Part shown: positions 10,185 to 21,158 of the stretch, piece by piece
Numbering within the stretch: position 1 is the stretch's first letter
How the letters are laid out: every line of letters starts with the position of its first letter
DNA from: Candidatus Omnitrophota bacterium
GTDB taxonomy: Bacteria > Omnitrophota > Gorgyraeia > B26-G9
NCBI GenBank assembly: GCA_043805415.1
Contig: JAZDHZ010000009.1
Location: 13,973-77,972 of the forward strand
Direction: 5' to 3'
DNA length: 64,000 bases
The notes under the pieces: generated by a model
Told to the model about the DNA's origin: nothing
Databases searched by the model: none
What the model saw: the letters and a program-made list of their open reading frames with translations, nothing else
Program-made: the position numbers and the translations under genes

Positions 10185-10790
10185 ATGGGGATAATTAGCG
10201 GGATATTAGTTAGTTTTTGTGCTTTATTTACTGTCCTTGATCCTATTGGATTATTACCGGCGTTTAAAGTGTTAAACCAGGAAATGCCGGCAAAAGAAAG
10301 TAAAAAGACGCTGATAAGCTCTCTGTATATGGCAATGGGGCTTGTGCTAGTTTTACTGATTGCCTGTCGGATTATTGCCTGGTTACTCGGGCTGGCTACC
10401 GCGGATTTTCAGATTGGCGGGGGGATTGGATTATTTGTCCTGTCAATTTATTATTTGCTCAAGCCGGAGCGGGAAAAAAAATTAAGTCCAGAAACAGTTA
10501 ATATCTTTCCTCTGGCTGCGCCGCTCATAATCGGGCCAAGTGTTTTAATCATGATTCTTGTTTTAATGAGCAGTTATGGTTTGATTATTACTAGTCTTAG
10601 TTTTGCGGCAAATATGGTTTTGATTTATGTAATTTTTAGAAATGCAAACAAAATTCAAGCTAGTTTGGGTGATAATGGGGTGGGTTTATTTTCCAAAACC
10701 GTTGGTATTTTATTGAGTGTGTTTGCGATTATGCTGATTCGAAAAGGACTGATTGCTTTATTTATGCTGACTTGCGCAAATAATCTGTAA
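10185..10790 (+). CDS. MarC-family membrane protein
   Basis: LFTVLDPIG, FQIGGGI, FPLAAPLIIGP. Confidence 0.9.
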   Translation: MGIISGILVSFCALFTVLDPIGLLPAFKVLNQEMPAKESKKTLISSLYMAMGLVLVLLIACRIIAWLLGLATADFQIGGGIGLFVLSIYYLLKPEREKKLSPETVNIFPLAAPLIIGPSVLIMILVLMSSYGLIITSLSFAANMVLIYVIFRNANKIQASLGDNGVGLFSKTVGILLSVFAIMLIRKGLIALFMLTCANNL

Positions 10791-10805
10791 TCGGATTATC
10801 CGACC

Positions 10806-11222
10806 ATGGAAAATATAGAAAAAAGAAGAGTGGTTCTAACCTTTCCCCAGCAGCTGTTGGATAAACCAATTACCTATCAACTGATTAAGGATTTTGATTT
10901 AATTGTAAATCTGCTTAAGGTAAAGATTACTCCTAAAGAAGAAGGGGTAATGGTTTTAGACCTAGAAGGCGAGCATATAAAATTAGAAAAAGGTCTGAAA
11001 TACTTAAAGAAAATCGGGATTCAAATTGAATCTTTGATTGAAGATATAAAGTGGGATGAGCATAAATGTACCCATTGTACGGAATGTGTTACGATTTGTC
11101 CGACTCAAGCTTTTGGCTTAAATCGGAAAATTATGAAAATTGAGTTTGATAAGAATAAATGTATTGCCTGCGGTTTATGCGTAAGTGTTTGTCCTTATGG
11201 GGCAATCGAAATAGTACTCTAG
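10806..11222 (+). CDS. NIL-domain 2x[4Fe-4S] ferredoxin
   Basis: N-terminal NIL-like region and two CxxCxxCxxxCP motifs. Confidence 0.88.
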   Translation: MENIEKRRVVLTFPQQLLDKPITYQLIKDFDLIVNLLKVKITPKEEGVMVLDLEGEHIKLEKGLKYLKKIGIQIESLIEDIKWDEHKCTHCTECVTICPTQAFGLNRKIMKIEFDKNKCIACGLCVSVCPYGAIEIVL

Positions 11223-11240
11223 GCTTAACGGAGGAGTAGG

Positions 11241-11693
11241 ATGATCAGAAAAATTAATGTAAATGATGCTGCGTTTGTCCAAGCATTAATAAATAAGTAT
11301 TCTAAGACTAATGCGGTGCTGCCGCGTTCTTTAAATGATATTTATGAAAATCTGCGCGACTTTTTTATTTATCAAGAGGATGATAAAATTATCGGCTGCT
11401 GTGCTTTGCATGTGACTTGGGATAATCTGGCTGAGATCCGCTCTTTGATTGTTGAAGAATCAATGCGGACAAAAGGTATCGGCAGTCTGCTGGTTGATGC
11501 TTGCTGCGCGGAAGCAAAACAATTAAAAGTAAAGAAGATATTCCTCTTAACTGCCAAACCAGAGTTTTTTAGTAAATTGGGTTTTAAAAAAATTGATAAA
11601 GCTGAGCTGCCGCATAAAATTTGGAGTGATTGTTTGAAGTGTATTCAGTTTCCGAATTGTAATGAAGATGCAATGGCTAAACAAATCGAATAA
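11241..11693 (+). CDS. argA: Short ArgA-type GNAT N-acetyltransferase
   Basis: LPRSLNDIYENLRDF, LAEIRSL, LPHKIWSDCLKC. Confidence 0.75.
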   Translation: MIRKINVNDAAFVQALINKYSKTNAVLPRSLNDIYENLRDFFIYQEDDKIIGCCALHVTWDNLAEIRSLIVEESMRTKGIGSLLVDACCAEAKQLKVKKIFLLTAKPEFFSKLGFKKIDKAELPHKIWSDCLKCIQFPNCNEDAMAKQIE

Positions 11694-11722
11694 ATAAAGC
11701 TAAATGCGAATGAGGAGGATTA

Positions 11723-13030
11723 ATGGGTTATACAATTTCAGAGAAGATTTTTAATCAGCATATAACCGGGCCAAAAGTTAAGGCTGGGGAATTTGTTTAT
11801 GCTAAAGTTGACTTGGCTTTAGGAAATGATGTAACCGCGCCGATCGCGATTGATCAGTTTAAAAAGCTGGGAGCGAAAAAAGTATATGATCGGAATAAAG
11901 TCGTGCTGGTTCCGGATCATTTTACTCCGGCTAAAGATATAAAAAGCGCTACTCAGGCAAAAATTCTGCGTGATTTTGCCGCGGAGCAGAACATAACCAA
12001 TTATTTTGAAGTCGGCAGAATGGGCATAGAACACGCGCTTTTGCCGGAAGTTGGTCTAATTAAACCCGGCAAATTAATCATTGGCGCGGATTCGCATACC
12101 TGTACCTATGGCGCTTTGGGTGCCTTTGCTACTGGCATGGGCTCGACTGATCTGGCAGCATGCTGGGCAACCGGTTATTCCTGGTTTAAAGTACCGCAAA
12201 CAATAAAATTTGTGTACAAAGGCAAGTTTAAAAAATGGGTTTGCGGAAAAGATTTAATTTTACATACCATTGGTCTTATCGGAGTTGACGGCGCTTTATA
12301 CAAAGCCATGGAATTTACTGGTCCGGTGATTGATAAAATGCCGATTGATGAGCGTTTGACCATGTCGAATATGGCAATTGAAGCCGGCGGTAAAGCCGGG
12401 ATGATTGCTCCGGATAAAATCACTTTTGATTATCTGGAAAAAGTTTGCGCCGCGGATTATAAAGGGGCTCAAGGTAAAAAGAAATGGGCCGCGGATATAA
12501 AAAAATGGACAGAATTAAAAAGTGATCCGGATGCGGTATATGAACAGGTTTTTGAAATAGATGTTTCCAAACTTGAACCTCAGGTTGCCTTGCCGCATTT
12601 GCCGAGTAATACAAAACCAGCTGGCCAAGTAAAGAACATGAAGATTGACCAGGTGGTTATTGGTTCATGTACAAATGGCCGAATCTCTGATTTAAGAGTA
12701 GCCGCAAAAATCTTAAAAGGAAAGAAAATCCATCCGAAAGTGCGCTGTATTATTTTTCCCGCGACTCAGGCAATTTATTTACAGGCAATGAAAGAAGGTT
12801 TGATTGAGATTTTTGTAAAAGCCGACGCGGTTGTCTCAACTCCTACTTGCGGTCCGTGTTTGGGCGGGCATATGGGAATCCTGGCCAAAGGCGAAAGAGC
12901 AATTGCCACAACTAATCGCAATTTTGTTGGACGCATGGGGCATCCGGGCAGTGAAGTAGTGCTGAGCAGTCCGGCGGTTGCCGCGGCAAGCGCGCTAACT
13001 GGTAAAATCACAGACCCGCAAACACTGTAA
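11723..13030 (+). CDS. leuC: 3-isopropylmalate dehydratase large subunit
   Basis: [38 protein letters not shown]. Confidence 0.93.
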   Translation: MGYTISEKIFNQHITGPKVKAGEFVYAKVDLALGNDVTAPIAIDQFKKLGAKKVYDRNKVVLVPDHFTPAKDIKSATQAKILRDFAAEQNITNYFEVGRMGIEHALLPEVGLIKPGKLIIGADSHTCTYGALGAFATGMGSTDLAACWATGYSWFKVPQTIKFVYKGKFKKWVCGKDLILHTIGLIGVDGALYKAMEFTGPVIDKMPIDERLTMSNMAIEAGGKAGMIAPDKITFDYLEKVCAADYKGAQGKKKWAADIKKWTELKSDPDAVYEQVFEIDVSKLEPQVALPHLPSNTKPAGQVKNMKIDQVVIGSCTNGRISDLRVAAKILKGKKIHPKVRCIIFPATQAIYLQAMKEGLIEIFVKADAVVSTPTCGPCLGGHMGILAKGERAIATTNRNFVGRMGHPGSEVVLSSPAVAAASALTGKITDPQTL

Positions 13031-13061
13031 AATAATTAAAAAAAATAAAGAGGGAAAACTC

Positions 13062-13562
13062 ATGAAACTTAAAGGATCAGTTTGGAAGTTTGGCGAGAAT
13101 ATAAATACTGATGAAATAATCGCGGCTCGATTTTTAACAACTTTTGATTCCCAAGAACTGGGTGAGCATTGCATGGAAGATATTGATCAGGATTTTCCGA
13201 AAAAAGTTTCAGCCGGCGATATTATGGTTGCCGGCAAGAATTTCGGCTGCGGCTCTTCAAGAGAGCATGCTCCAATCGCAATAAAAGGCTGCGGAATTTC
13301 CTGCGTTATTGCGGAAAGTTTTGCCCGGATTTTTTATCGTAACGCGATTAATATTGGTTTGCCGATACTTGTCTGTGAAAATATTTCCGCGGAAATTAAT
13401 CAAAAAGATGTGATTGAAGTTGATGTAAACCAGGGAATTATTTACAACACAACTCAAGATAAATCATATAAAACTGACAAATTCGCGGATTTTATGCAGG
13501 AAATTGTCAATTCCGGCGGTTTGATGGAGTGGACTAAAAAGAAAGGATTGGCAAAGAAATGA
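13062..13562 (+). CDS. leuD: 3-isopropylmalate dehydratase small subunit
   Basis: [33 protein letters not shown]. Confidence 0.93.
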   Translation: MKLKGSVWKFGENINTDEIIAARFLTTFDSQELGEHCMEDIDQDFPKKVSAGDIMVAGKNFGCGSSREHAPIAIKGCGISCVIAESFARIFYRNAINIGLPILVCENISAEINQKDVIEVDVNQGIIYNTTQDKSYKTDKFADFMQEIVNSGGLMEWTKKKGLAKK

Positions 13563-13810
13563 AAGTTGAACAAACGGTGATTGAAGTGACTATTTTTATG
13601 CAAAATAGCCGGGTTGAGGGAAAATTACATTTACCCTCTGGCGGCAGATTAACGGATTACATGGCTTTAGCGGAAAGGCAATTTGTTCCAGTTACTGACG
13701 CGAAAATTTATGTTGTGCCGACAAATGAATTATTATATACAGTATCTTTTTTGAGTTTAAATAAAGATTTTATTATTTTTATTTTTCCGAAAGAATATCG
13801 AACAAATTAA
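13559..13810 (+). CDS. Small conserved hypothetical beta protein (DUF6812-like)
   Basis: 83 aa; GKLHLPSGGRLTDYM...FVPVTDA...LNKDFI; overlaps the leuD stop. Confidence 0.65.
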   Translation: MKVEQTVIEVTIFMQNSRVEGKLHLPSGGRLTDYMALAERQFVPVTDAKIYVVPTNELLYTVSFLSLNKDFIIFIFPKEYRTN

Positions 13811-13858
13811 ACTAGTGGATAATATTCCGAATAATAAATCACAAACAGGAGAGTGAAT

Positions 13859-14911
13859 ATGTATAAGATCGCGGTTATGCCCGGAGATGGAACTGGACCA
13901 GAAGTGGTAAACGAAGGGTTGAAAGTTTTAGCCCATGTTAGTAAAAAATACGGATTTGAATATGAGACTAAACATTTTGATTGCGGCGGAGATCGTTATT
14001 TAAAAACCGGGCTGACAATTACTGATGAAGAGATTGAAGATTTAAAGACATTTGACGCTATATTTCTCGGCGCAATCGGTCATCCGGATGTAAAACCCGG
14101 TATCCTTGAACAGGGCATACTTTTAAAAACCAGATTCGCGCTTGATCAATACATTAATTTAAGACCAATAAAACTTTACAATGACGCTTTTTGTCCGATT
14201 AAAGATAAAAAGCCGGAAGATGTTGATTTTGTTGTGGTGCGGGAAAACTCCGAAGGTCTGTATAAAGGAATGGGAGAGTTTAAAAATAAAGGCACAGCTG
14301 ATGAAGTGGCTATCCAGATTTCGTATAATACCCGCAAAGGGGTTGAGCGTTGCATTCGCTATGCTTTTGAATATACGCGAAAGCGGAATAAAAGGAAAAA
14401 CCTTACGCTTTGCGGAAAGACTAATGTGTTAACTTTTGCCTGGGATCTTTGGCAAAGGGTTTTTAATGAAGTGGCAAAGGAATATCCGGATATTACCACT
14501 GACTACGCGCATGTTGACGCGACTACAATGTGGTTTGTGAAAAACCCGGAATGGTTTGATGTTATTGTAACCGATAATATGTTTGGGGATATTATCACTG
14601 ACCTGGGAGCAATGGTTCAGGGCGGGATGGGGATTGCTGCCGGCGGTAATATTAATCCCGAAGGAGTTTCGATGTTTGAGCCGATTGGCGGATCAGCGCC
14701 GAAATATACCGGCAAGAATGTAATTAATCCTTTGGCAGCTATCTGCTCCGTAAGCATGCTTTTAGAAACATTGGGCGAAAATAAAGCAGCCAGGGCTATT
14801 GAAGCGGCAGTAATGAAAATCGTTAAAAATGATTTAAAAAGTCTCGGTGCTGGAAAAATGGGTTACTCAACTACTGAAATTGGTGCTTTGGTAGTAAGTA
14901 ATATAAAATAA
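13859..14911 (+). CDS. leuB: 3-isopropylmalate dehydrogenase
   Basis: [34 protein letters not shown]; follows leuCD. Confidence 0.88.
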   Translation: MYKIAVMPGDGTGPEVVNEGLKVLAHVSKKYGFEYETKHFDCGGDRYLKTGLTITDEEIEDLKTFDAIFLGAIGHPDVKPGILEQGILLKTRFALDQYINLRPIKLYNDAFCPIKDKKPEDVDFVVVRENSEGLYKGMGEFKNKGTADEVAIQISYNTRKGVERCIRYAFEYTRKRNKRKNLTLCGKTNVLTFAWDLWQRVFNEVAKEYPDITTDYAHVDATTMWFVKNPEWFDVIVTDNMFGDIITDLGAMVQGGMGIAAGGNINPEGVSMFEPIGGSAPKYTGKNVINPLAAICSVSMLLETLGENKAARAIEAAVMKIVKNDLKSLGAGKMGYSTTEIGALVVSNIK

Positions 14912-14944
14912 TATTGATTTTAATAAAAAGGGTTTAAATAAAAA

Positions 14945-16000
14945 ATGAAAACACTCAAAAATAAGAAAAAATTTAATGTCGCGGTTGTTGGGGTGGGAGC
15001 GGTTGGCGCGGAAATGTTAAGAGTTTTAAGACAGCATAACTTTCCGATTGGAACACTTAAAGTGCTTGCCCGCAGTGCCCGAAAAATAAATGTTGATGGA
15101 CAAGAGTATAATGTTGAAAAAATAACAAATAATTCTTTTGAGGGCATTGACTTTGCTTTGTTTGCCGGAACCGAAGGCGCGAAAGGCGCGGCCGTAACTT
15201 ATGCTCCGGCCGCGGTAAAAAGCGGAGCAATTGTTATTGATAATGGCTCTGATTTTCGACTAAATAAAGATGTTCCGCTAATTGTGCCGGAAGTCAACGC
15301 TGCTGATGCTAAAAAACATAAGGGAATTATTGCCAATCCTAATTGTTCAACTATTCAAATGGTAGCAGCCATAGCTCCGATTTATAAAAAAGTTGGGATA
15401 AAAAGAATAATTGTTTCTACTTATCAGGCAGCTAGCGGAGCCGGGAAAAGCGCTTTAAAGCAGCTGTGGGATGAAACCGCTAAAATGCATTCATCGAAAA
15501 AACTGGATAACGCGGTGATTTGCCCGATGTTAAGTGAAAAAGATTTTAAACCAGAGGCATTTCCTCATCAGTTAGCATTTAATCTGCTGGCGCAGATCGG
15601 CGGGTTTGGCGAAGATGATTATACTTCTGAAGAATGGAAAATGGTGCATGAAACCCATAAGATTTTTAAAACCAAAAAAATCAAAATTTCCGCAACCTGT
15701 ATCCGGGTTCCGGTACTTAATTCACACTCGGAATCGATTTATCTGGAAACAGCTAAGCCGATAACTCCCCAAGCAGTAAAAAAACTATTGCAAACAGCAA
15801 AAGGAGTTGTCGTGGTTGATGATCCCAAAAAAGGGTTGTATCCAATGCCCGGCAAAGCTTCGGGAACTGATCAGGTTTATGTTGGACGTATCCGCAGAGA
15901 TCCGTTTGTAAAAAATGGCTTATGGCTTTGGGTTGTAAGCGATAATTTAAGAAAAGGCGCGGCGGCTAATGCTGTACAAATCGCTGAATGTCTAATCTAA
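14945..16000 (+). CDS. asd: Aspartate-semialdehyde dehydrogenase
   Basis: IIANPNCSTIQ, STYQAASGAG, CIRVPVLNSHS, DNLRKGAAANAVQIAE. Confidence 0.96.
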   Translation: MKTLKNKKKFNVAVVGVGAVGAEMLRVLRQHNFPIGTLKVLARSARKINVDGQEYNVEKITNNSFEGIDFALFAGTEGAKGAAVTYAPAAVKSGAIVIDNGSDFRLNKDVPLIVPEVNAADAKKHKGIIANPNCSTIQMVAAIAPIYKKVGIKRIIVSTYQAASGAGKSALKQLWDETAKMHSSKKLDNAVICPMLSEKDFKPEAFPHQLAFNLLAQIGGFGEDDYTSEEWKMVHETHKIFKTKKIKISATCIRVPVLNSHSESIYLETAKPITPQAVKKLLQTAKGVVVVDDPKKGLYPMPGKASGTDQVYVGRIRRDPFVKNGLWLWVVSDNLRKGAAANAVQIAECLI

Positions 16001-16059
16001 TAGTTTTTTAATTTAAAATTTCATCTTATGAAATCCTGAAAATTAGGAAAATCTACGAT

Positions 16060-16821
16060 TTGAAAAATATTCTTCTGAAAATTGAATATGATGGCACTGG
16101 TTATAAAGGGTGGCAGACGCAGAGATTTAAATCTGGGGCAAGCTTGCCGGCTAAAGTGGCAACTATTCAGCAGTCAATCGAAGGGGCCTTGTCGATAATT
16201 CTGCAGAAAAAGATCTCAATTGCCGGCTCAGGCCGAACCGATTCCGGGGTTCACGCTAAAGAGCAAGTTGCCAATTTTAAAATAAATACTGATATTCCGA
16301 TCAGTAAAATAAAAAAATCACTTAATTCTCTTTTGCCTCGCGATATAATAATTAAACAAATAAAGTATGTTGATTTGGAATTTCATGCCCGGTTTAGTGC
16401 CAAATCCAAACTTTATCGTTATACTATTCTTAACCGTTCTTATGGATCGGCTTTTTTAAAAAATTATGTTTTTCACTGTGTGCCGCCTTTAAACGCGGCA
16501 CTTATGGCTAAAGAAGCCGGACAACTAAAAGGGACTCATGATTTTCGTTCTTTTCAGGCAAGTGATAAAAAGCCAAGAAGCTCGATTCGCACAATTAAAA
16601 AAATTTCCGTTAAAACCCAAGATGATTTAATTTTTATTGATATTCAAGCTGACGGCTTTCTTTATAATATGGTAAGAAATATTGCCGGCACCTTGGTTGA
16701 GATCGGCAGAGGGAAGATGCCTAAGGGAACAATGAAAAAGCTATTGGATGTAAAAGATCGGACTTTTGCCGGCCCAACTGCTCCGGCTTCAGGTTTGTGT
16801 TTGATAAAGGTGATGTATTAA
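16060..16821 (+). CDS. truA: tRNA pseudouridine(38-40) synthase
   Basis: YDGTGYKGWQ, GSGRTDSGVHA, FHARFSA, FLYNMVR. Confidence 0.96.
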   Translation: MKNILLKIEYDGTGYKGWQTQRFKSGASLPAKVATIQQSIEGALSIILQKKISIAGSGRTDSGVHAKEQVANFKINTDIPISKIKKSLNSLLPRDIIIKQIKYVDLEFHARFSAKSKLYRYTILNRSYGSAFLKNYVFHCVPPLNAALMAKEAGQLKGTHDFRSFQASDKKPRSSIRTIKKISVKTQDDLIFIDIQADGFLYNMVRNIAGTLVEIGRGKMPKGTMKKLLDVKDRTFAGPTAPASGLCLIKVMY

Positions 16822-18623
16822 TGAAAAAAATATTTTCAATAGTTTTATGCTGTTTAATTATCGGTCTTATTCTGCCTAATTCAGGTAAAGCGATTACAGC
16901 TGCCATTGAAAATAATTCGGATATGGCTAAAATGCATCAGCAGTATTTTAACGCGGATAACCAGCAAATAAAGATGATCATGTTTTCTTTATGGAAAGAC
17001 GCGGTAATCCAATTATACGTCAACAAGGAATATGAACAAGCGGAAAAAGAGCTTGAGCTTTTATTAACTGAAAACCCGGATGATTTCAGTGTGTTTAAGC
17101 TTTTAATTGAAGTGCTGCTTATTGAGCAAAAAATCAATAAAGCGATAAGTGGTTGCGAAAACTTTCTTAGCCAGAATCCGAATAATCTCGATGTCCTTTT
17201 AATGTTAAGTCAGATATATCTTGATAATAGTGATCCTTTGCGGGCCAAAAAATATATTAACCGTGTTTTTGAAGTTGAGCCAGATAACTATGATGCCAGC
17301 ATTTATATGGGGCAAGCTTTAATTTTAGACAATAAACAATTGCAGGCGGTGTATTATTTTGCTAAAGCTCAATATGTTAAACCTGAAGAGATATCAACTT
17401 ACCTTAATCTCGGACAAATATATTTTGAAAATAATGAATATGACGCGGCAATTGAACAGCTGGAAGAAGGTTTAAAAAATAATCAAAATAATTTAGAATT
17501 ACTGGAATTGCTAGCCTTCTCGTACGCGGCAGTTAATAAAAATAATAAAGCAATAAAAACTTCCGAGAATATTTTGGCCTTAGATCCAAATAATGATCGG
17601 GTGCGTATTGAATTAGCTCGAATATATCTTTCTAAAGAAAAATATCACAAAGCAAGTAAAGTGCTGGAACAAGTCAGCGAATCGCAGGATTATGTATATC
17701 AAAAAAATATTATGCTTGCTTTTGCCTACGGGGCTTTGGCCAAGATAAGTAAAATAAGCTTTATCATGTCTACGCATCCCGGTGTTTTTGCGATTATTAT
17801 CGGGTCAGTTGTTTTATTGTTTTTGTTTTCTTTGGGGCTTATTGGGGCATTGTTTGTCGCTGCTTTTTTGATTGGTAAGAAAACAAGGCATAAGCCAATA
17901 AAATTTAAAAATATACACTGGTCTTTGCCACAGGCATTCTTTGTCTGTATTGTGCTGTTTACTTTACCGCTAGTCTTTGAGGTTTTGCTGGGCGGGATTG
18001 TTTACAATAACTGGTTATTATTTTTATCTCCGACTAAAAACATGCAATCAAGTTCCGGTCAGAATTCTTTATTAGCCCAATTTATTACTGTGGTTTTAAC
18101 TAGCGGCATTGTTTTTTGGTTTGCCATTAAACGAAATGGCCAGAGCCTGCGGGATCTTGGTTTTCGCTGGGTTAGAATTAAAAAATTTGCTTTTCTGGCA
18201 ATACTGTCAATACTAATGATTTTCCTGTTTAACGCTTTATATATGGGGTTATTTTCAGTGCTCTCAGGGGCTTATCCGGAACAGCAGTTTATCGTACAAT
18301 TAATTGCCAAGGCAGGTAATTCTGGGCACATGGTGGGATTGTTTTTATTCGCGGTGATTGTAAGTCCTTTTGCTGAGGAAATAATTTTTCGCGGATTTAT
18401 ATACTCGGGATTACGCAGACATTGTGGATTTGTCGCGGCCGGGATAATAAGTTCGTTTATCTTCGGCATTTTTCATTTGCAAGGCAGTCTGTTTCTTCCC
18501 ATAGCTTTTATGGGCTTTGTTTTGGCTTGGCTGTTTGAGCGAACACGGAGTATTTTGCCCGCGGTGATTGTACATATGCTTTGGAATCTAATTACTTTTC
18601 TAAATTTAATTTTTTTATCATAA
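16821..18623 (+). CDS. TPR-repeat protein fused to a CPBP-family (CAAX/Abi) intramembrane protease
   Basis: Signal peptide, multiple TPR-like repeats, then TM region with EEIIFRG, FGIFH and HMLWN motifs. Confidence 0.85.
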   Translation: MKKIFSIVLCCLIIGLILPNSGKAITAAIENNSDMAKMHQQYFNADNQQIKMIMFSLWKDAVIQLYVNKEYEQAEKELELLLTENPDDFSVFKLLIEVLLIEQKINKAISGCENFLSQNPNNLDVLLMLSQIYLDNSDPLRAKKYINRVFEVEPDNYDASIYMGQALILDNKQLQAVYYFAKAQYVKPEEISTYLNLGQIYFENNEYDAAIEQLEEGLKNNQNNLELLELLAFSYAAVNKNNKAIKTSENILALDPNNDRVRIELARIYLSKEKYHKASKVLEQVSESQDYVYQKNIMLAFAYGALAKISKISFIMSTHPGVFAIIIGSVVLLFLFSLGLIGALFVAAFLIGKKTRHKPIKFKNIHWSLPQAFFVCIVLFTLPLVFEVLLGGIVYNNWLLFLSPTKNMQSSSGQNSLLAQFITVVLTSGIVFWFAIKRNGQSLRDLGFRWVRIKKFAFLAILSILMIFLFNALYMGLFSVLSGAYPEQQFIVQLIAKAGNSGHMVGLFLFAVIVSPFAEEIIFRGFIYSGLRRHCGFVAAGIISSFIFGIFHLQGSLFLPIAFMGFVLAWLFERTRSILPAVIVHMLWNLITFLNLIFLS

Positions 18624-18650
18624 CTTAAAGTTATCGCAGATATAAAAGTA

Positions 18651-18679
18651 TTGACACGTATTTGAATTTTTGTTATTCT
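18651..18679 (+). promoter_or_regulatory. Sigma70-type promoter
   Basis: TTGACA-17 nt-TATTCT with extended -10 TG. Confidence 0.55.
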
Positions 18680-18738
18680 GAAATCTGTAAGTAGCGTGTA
18701 ATTCCTTCAAATCAGGGGTGAAAAACTAAGGGGGAGCA

Positions 18739-19701
18739 ATGGACAAAGATTTAAAAGTAGGTCAAGGGATTCCATTTGATCCGATTGAGCCGGATATTGA
18801 CCGAGTATCAGAACCAGCACCGCGGTCAATTGAACCACAAGACTATAAGCCAACTGCTGGTAAGACCAAACCCGCAAAGAAAAAAGGCGGCTCTCCAATT
18901 GTAGTTATTTTCTTAGTAATTCTTGCGGTTTTTGCTATTTCAGCAGCTGGATTTTTATACATGGAAAAAGCAAAAGAGACAGCTTTTAGAAAAAATATTG
19001 AAGTGCAGCTTGAAAAAAATATTCTGGAAAAACTTGAAGTTGAAGGAAATCTCAAGGATACTTTATTGAAAAAAAATCAACTAGAGATAGACTTGGAGCA
19101 GGGTAGAGTAAATTATAGTATTCTTATGACTCAGTATCAGCAGGCACAAGCTGACAATGAAAAGATGATGGTAAAGTTTAACGGAAAAATGGAATTGATT
19201 TCTTCGCTTAAGTCAAAATTAGCAAAAGAAGAAAAAGATAATTCTCGGATAAGTGAAAAATTAGCCAAGGTTAATAGTGAATTTGATGATGTGAAAACAC
19301 AGTTAGGCCAGATTCGTATGGCTAAAGAAGCGCTGGAAAACAGAATTATAGAGATGAAACGCAAGAAAGAGTTAAGTGCTTCTGTTGAACTTGAGACTAT
19401 TGTTGTTGATCCAAATAGTAACAATGCTATACCGGCTACACAGGGTTTTAGTCCTTTACCGCCTCCGGCAAAATTAGAAGGCCAGGTATTGGTTGTGAAT
19501 AAAGAATTTGCTTTTATTGTTGTTAACATTGGCGAGAAAGATGGAATTAAAAACTCTGATGTTTTGACAGTTTTTAAAGGCACGCAAGTGATTGGCAAGG
19601 TTCAGGTTGAACGGATTTATGATACTATGTCTTCCGCAGTGATTTTGCCGGAACAGACAACTAAGGATATTCAGGAAGGCGATATAGTTAAGCTGCTGTG
19701 A
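18739..19701 (+). CDS. Hypothetical single-TM coiled-coil protein with C-terminal small beta-barrel
   Basis: TM near residues 54-75, long heptad region, C-terminal GQVLVVNKEFAFIVVNIG..DG. Confidence 0.75.
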   Translation: MDKDLKVGQGIPFDPIEPDIDRVSEPAPRSIEPQDYKPTAGKTKPAKKKGGSPIVVIFLVILAVFAISAAGFLYMEKAKETAFRKNIEVQLEKNILEKLEVEGNLKDTLLKKNQLEIDLEQGRVNYSILMTQYQQAQADNEKMMVKFNGKMELISSLKSKLAKEEKDNSRISEKLAKVNSEFDDVKTQLGQIRMAKEALENRIIEMKRKKELSASVELETIVVDPNSNNAIPATQGFSPLPPPAKLEGQVLVVNKEFAFIVVNIGEKDGIKNSDVLTVFKGTQVIGKVQVERIYDTMSSAVILPEQTTKDIQEGDIVKLL

Positions 19702-19725
19702 GGTAATTAATATAATGGCGATTTT

Positions 19726-19755
19726 AAGGGGGGAGTTATTTAGCTTCCCCCTTTT
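19726..19755 (+). terminator. Putative intrinsic terminator
   Basis: AAGGGGGGAGTTA-TT-TAGCTTCCCCCTTTT hairpin with short T run. Confidence 0.55.
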
Positions 19756-19770
19756 AGTTATGGATTGTTT

Positions 19771-21093
19771 ATGGTCAAGCAAATTAAAATCAAAAGAATT
19801 AAAAAGTTAAAAGGATGGATGATTGCTCCCGCGGATAAATCTATATCTCAGAGAGCCGTTATGCTTAGTGCTTTGGCTCAAGGCAAAACCAGAATTGATA
19901 ATTTTCTCGACTGTGCTGATTGCCGAAACGCAATTACTGCTTTTAAAGCTATGGGCATAAAATTCAAGAAATTAAAAGAACATAATCAAACCGTGCTTTA
20001 TGTGCAAGGCAAGGGATTACATGGCTTAAAACCGCCTAAGCAGCCGCTTTATATGGGTAACTCCGGCACAACAATTAGACTGATTGCCGGGATTTTAGCT
20101 GGCATGGGGTTCAGCAGTGAGCTTTCCGCTGATCCATCATTGTCCCAGCGTCCGATGAAGCGGATTATTGATCCGTTGCGCAAGATGGGCGCAAACATAT
20201 CCGGGTTAGCTAAAAATCAACAAGAATATCCTCCGCTTAAGATCAAACCAAGTAAACTCCAGTCAATTGATTATAAAATGCGATTAAAAAGCGCTCAAGT
20301 AAAATCATGTATTTTGCTGGCAGGTTTATTTGCCAAGGGAAAAACAAAAGTTAAAGAAATTTTAAAAACACGCGATCACACCGAACGCATGCTTCAATTG
20401 TTTAATGCTGATATCCATGTCCAAGGATTAAATATTAGCATTAAAGGTGATCAGGAATTAATAACTCCCGGACAATTATTTATTCCCGGAGATATCTCTT
20501 CAGCGGCTTTTTTTATCGTAGCAGCCACATTAATCAGCGGATCGAAAATTGTAATCAAACAAGTTGGCTTAAATCCAACCCGAACCGGTTTTTTTCAAAT
20601 TATGCGCCGGATGCAAGCGGATATTAAGATATTAAAAAAAAACGCGAAGTTAAACTTGCCTGAACCATACGCGGATATTCAAGTCAGCGCTAGCAAACTT
20701 AAAGCAGTGGTAATTAGAGCTAAGGAAGTAAGTTATTGTATAGATGAGTTACCGATTATTTGTGTCGCGGCTTGTTTTGCCAAAGGGACAACCAAGATAA
20801 TTGGAGCAAGCGAATTAAGAGTAAAAGAGACAGATAGAATCAATTCTATGGTTAGTAATTTAAAAAAAATGGGAGCAGATATCAAAAATATTAAAGATGA
20901 TCTGATTATTAAAGGTACTGGGAAATTAAAAGGCGCGGTACTGGATAGTTATGGTGATCATCGCACTGTTATGTGCATGGCAATAGCGGGTTTAATGTCC
21001 GATGGCGTTACAATCATCAGAGATAGTGAATGTATTAATAAATCGTTTCCGGATTTTATGAAAATTCTTAAAAGTATTACGGAATTGACATAA
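19771..21093 (+). CDS. aroA: 3-phosphoshikimate 1-carboxyvinyltransferase
   Basis: DKSISQRA, GNSGTT, SAQVKS, RDHTERML, ELRVKETDRI, GDHR. Confidence 0.96.
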   Translation: MVKQIKIKRIKKLKGWMIAPADKSISQRAVMLSALAQGKTRIDNFLDCADCRNAITAFKAMGIKFKKLKEHNQTVLYVQGKGLHGLKPPKQPLYMGNSGTTIRLIAGILAGMGFSSELSADPSLSQRPMKRIIDPLRKMGANISGLAKNQQEYPPLKIKPSKLQSIDYKMRLKSAQVKSCILLAGLFAKGKTKVKEILKTRDHTERMLQLFNADIHVQGLNISIKGDQELITPGQLFIPGDISSAAFFIVAATLISGSKIVIKQVGLNPTRTGFFQIMRRMQADIKILKKNAKLNLPEPYADIQVSASKLKAVVIRAKEVSYCIDELPIICVAACFAKGTTKIIGASELRVKETDRINSMVSNLKKMGADIKNIKDDLIIKGTGKLKGAVLDSYGDHRTVMCMAIAGLMSDGVTIIRDSECINKSFPDFMKILKSITELT

Positions 21094-21113
21094 AGCTGTG
21101 GTTATGTTATAAC
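21085..21113 (+). promoter_or_regulatory. Sigma70-type promoter of the mre operon
   Basis: TTGACA-17 nt-TATAAC with extended TG. Confidence 0.55.
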
Positions 21114-21158
21114 AAAAGTGCTTTATATTAATAAATATATAACTGAAAGAGGGCTGCA

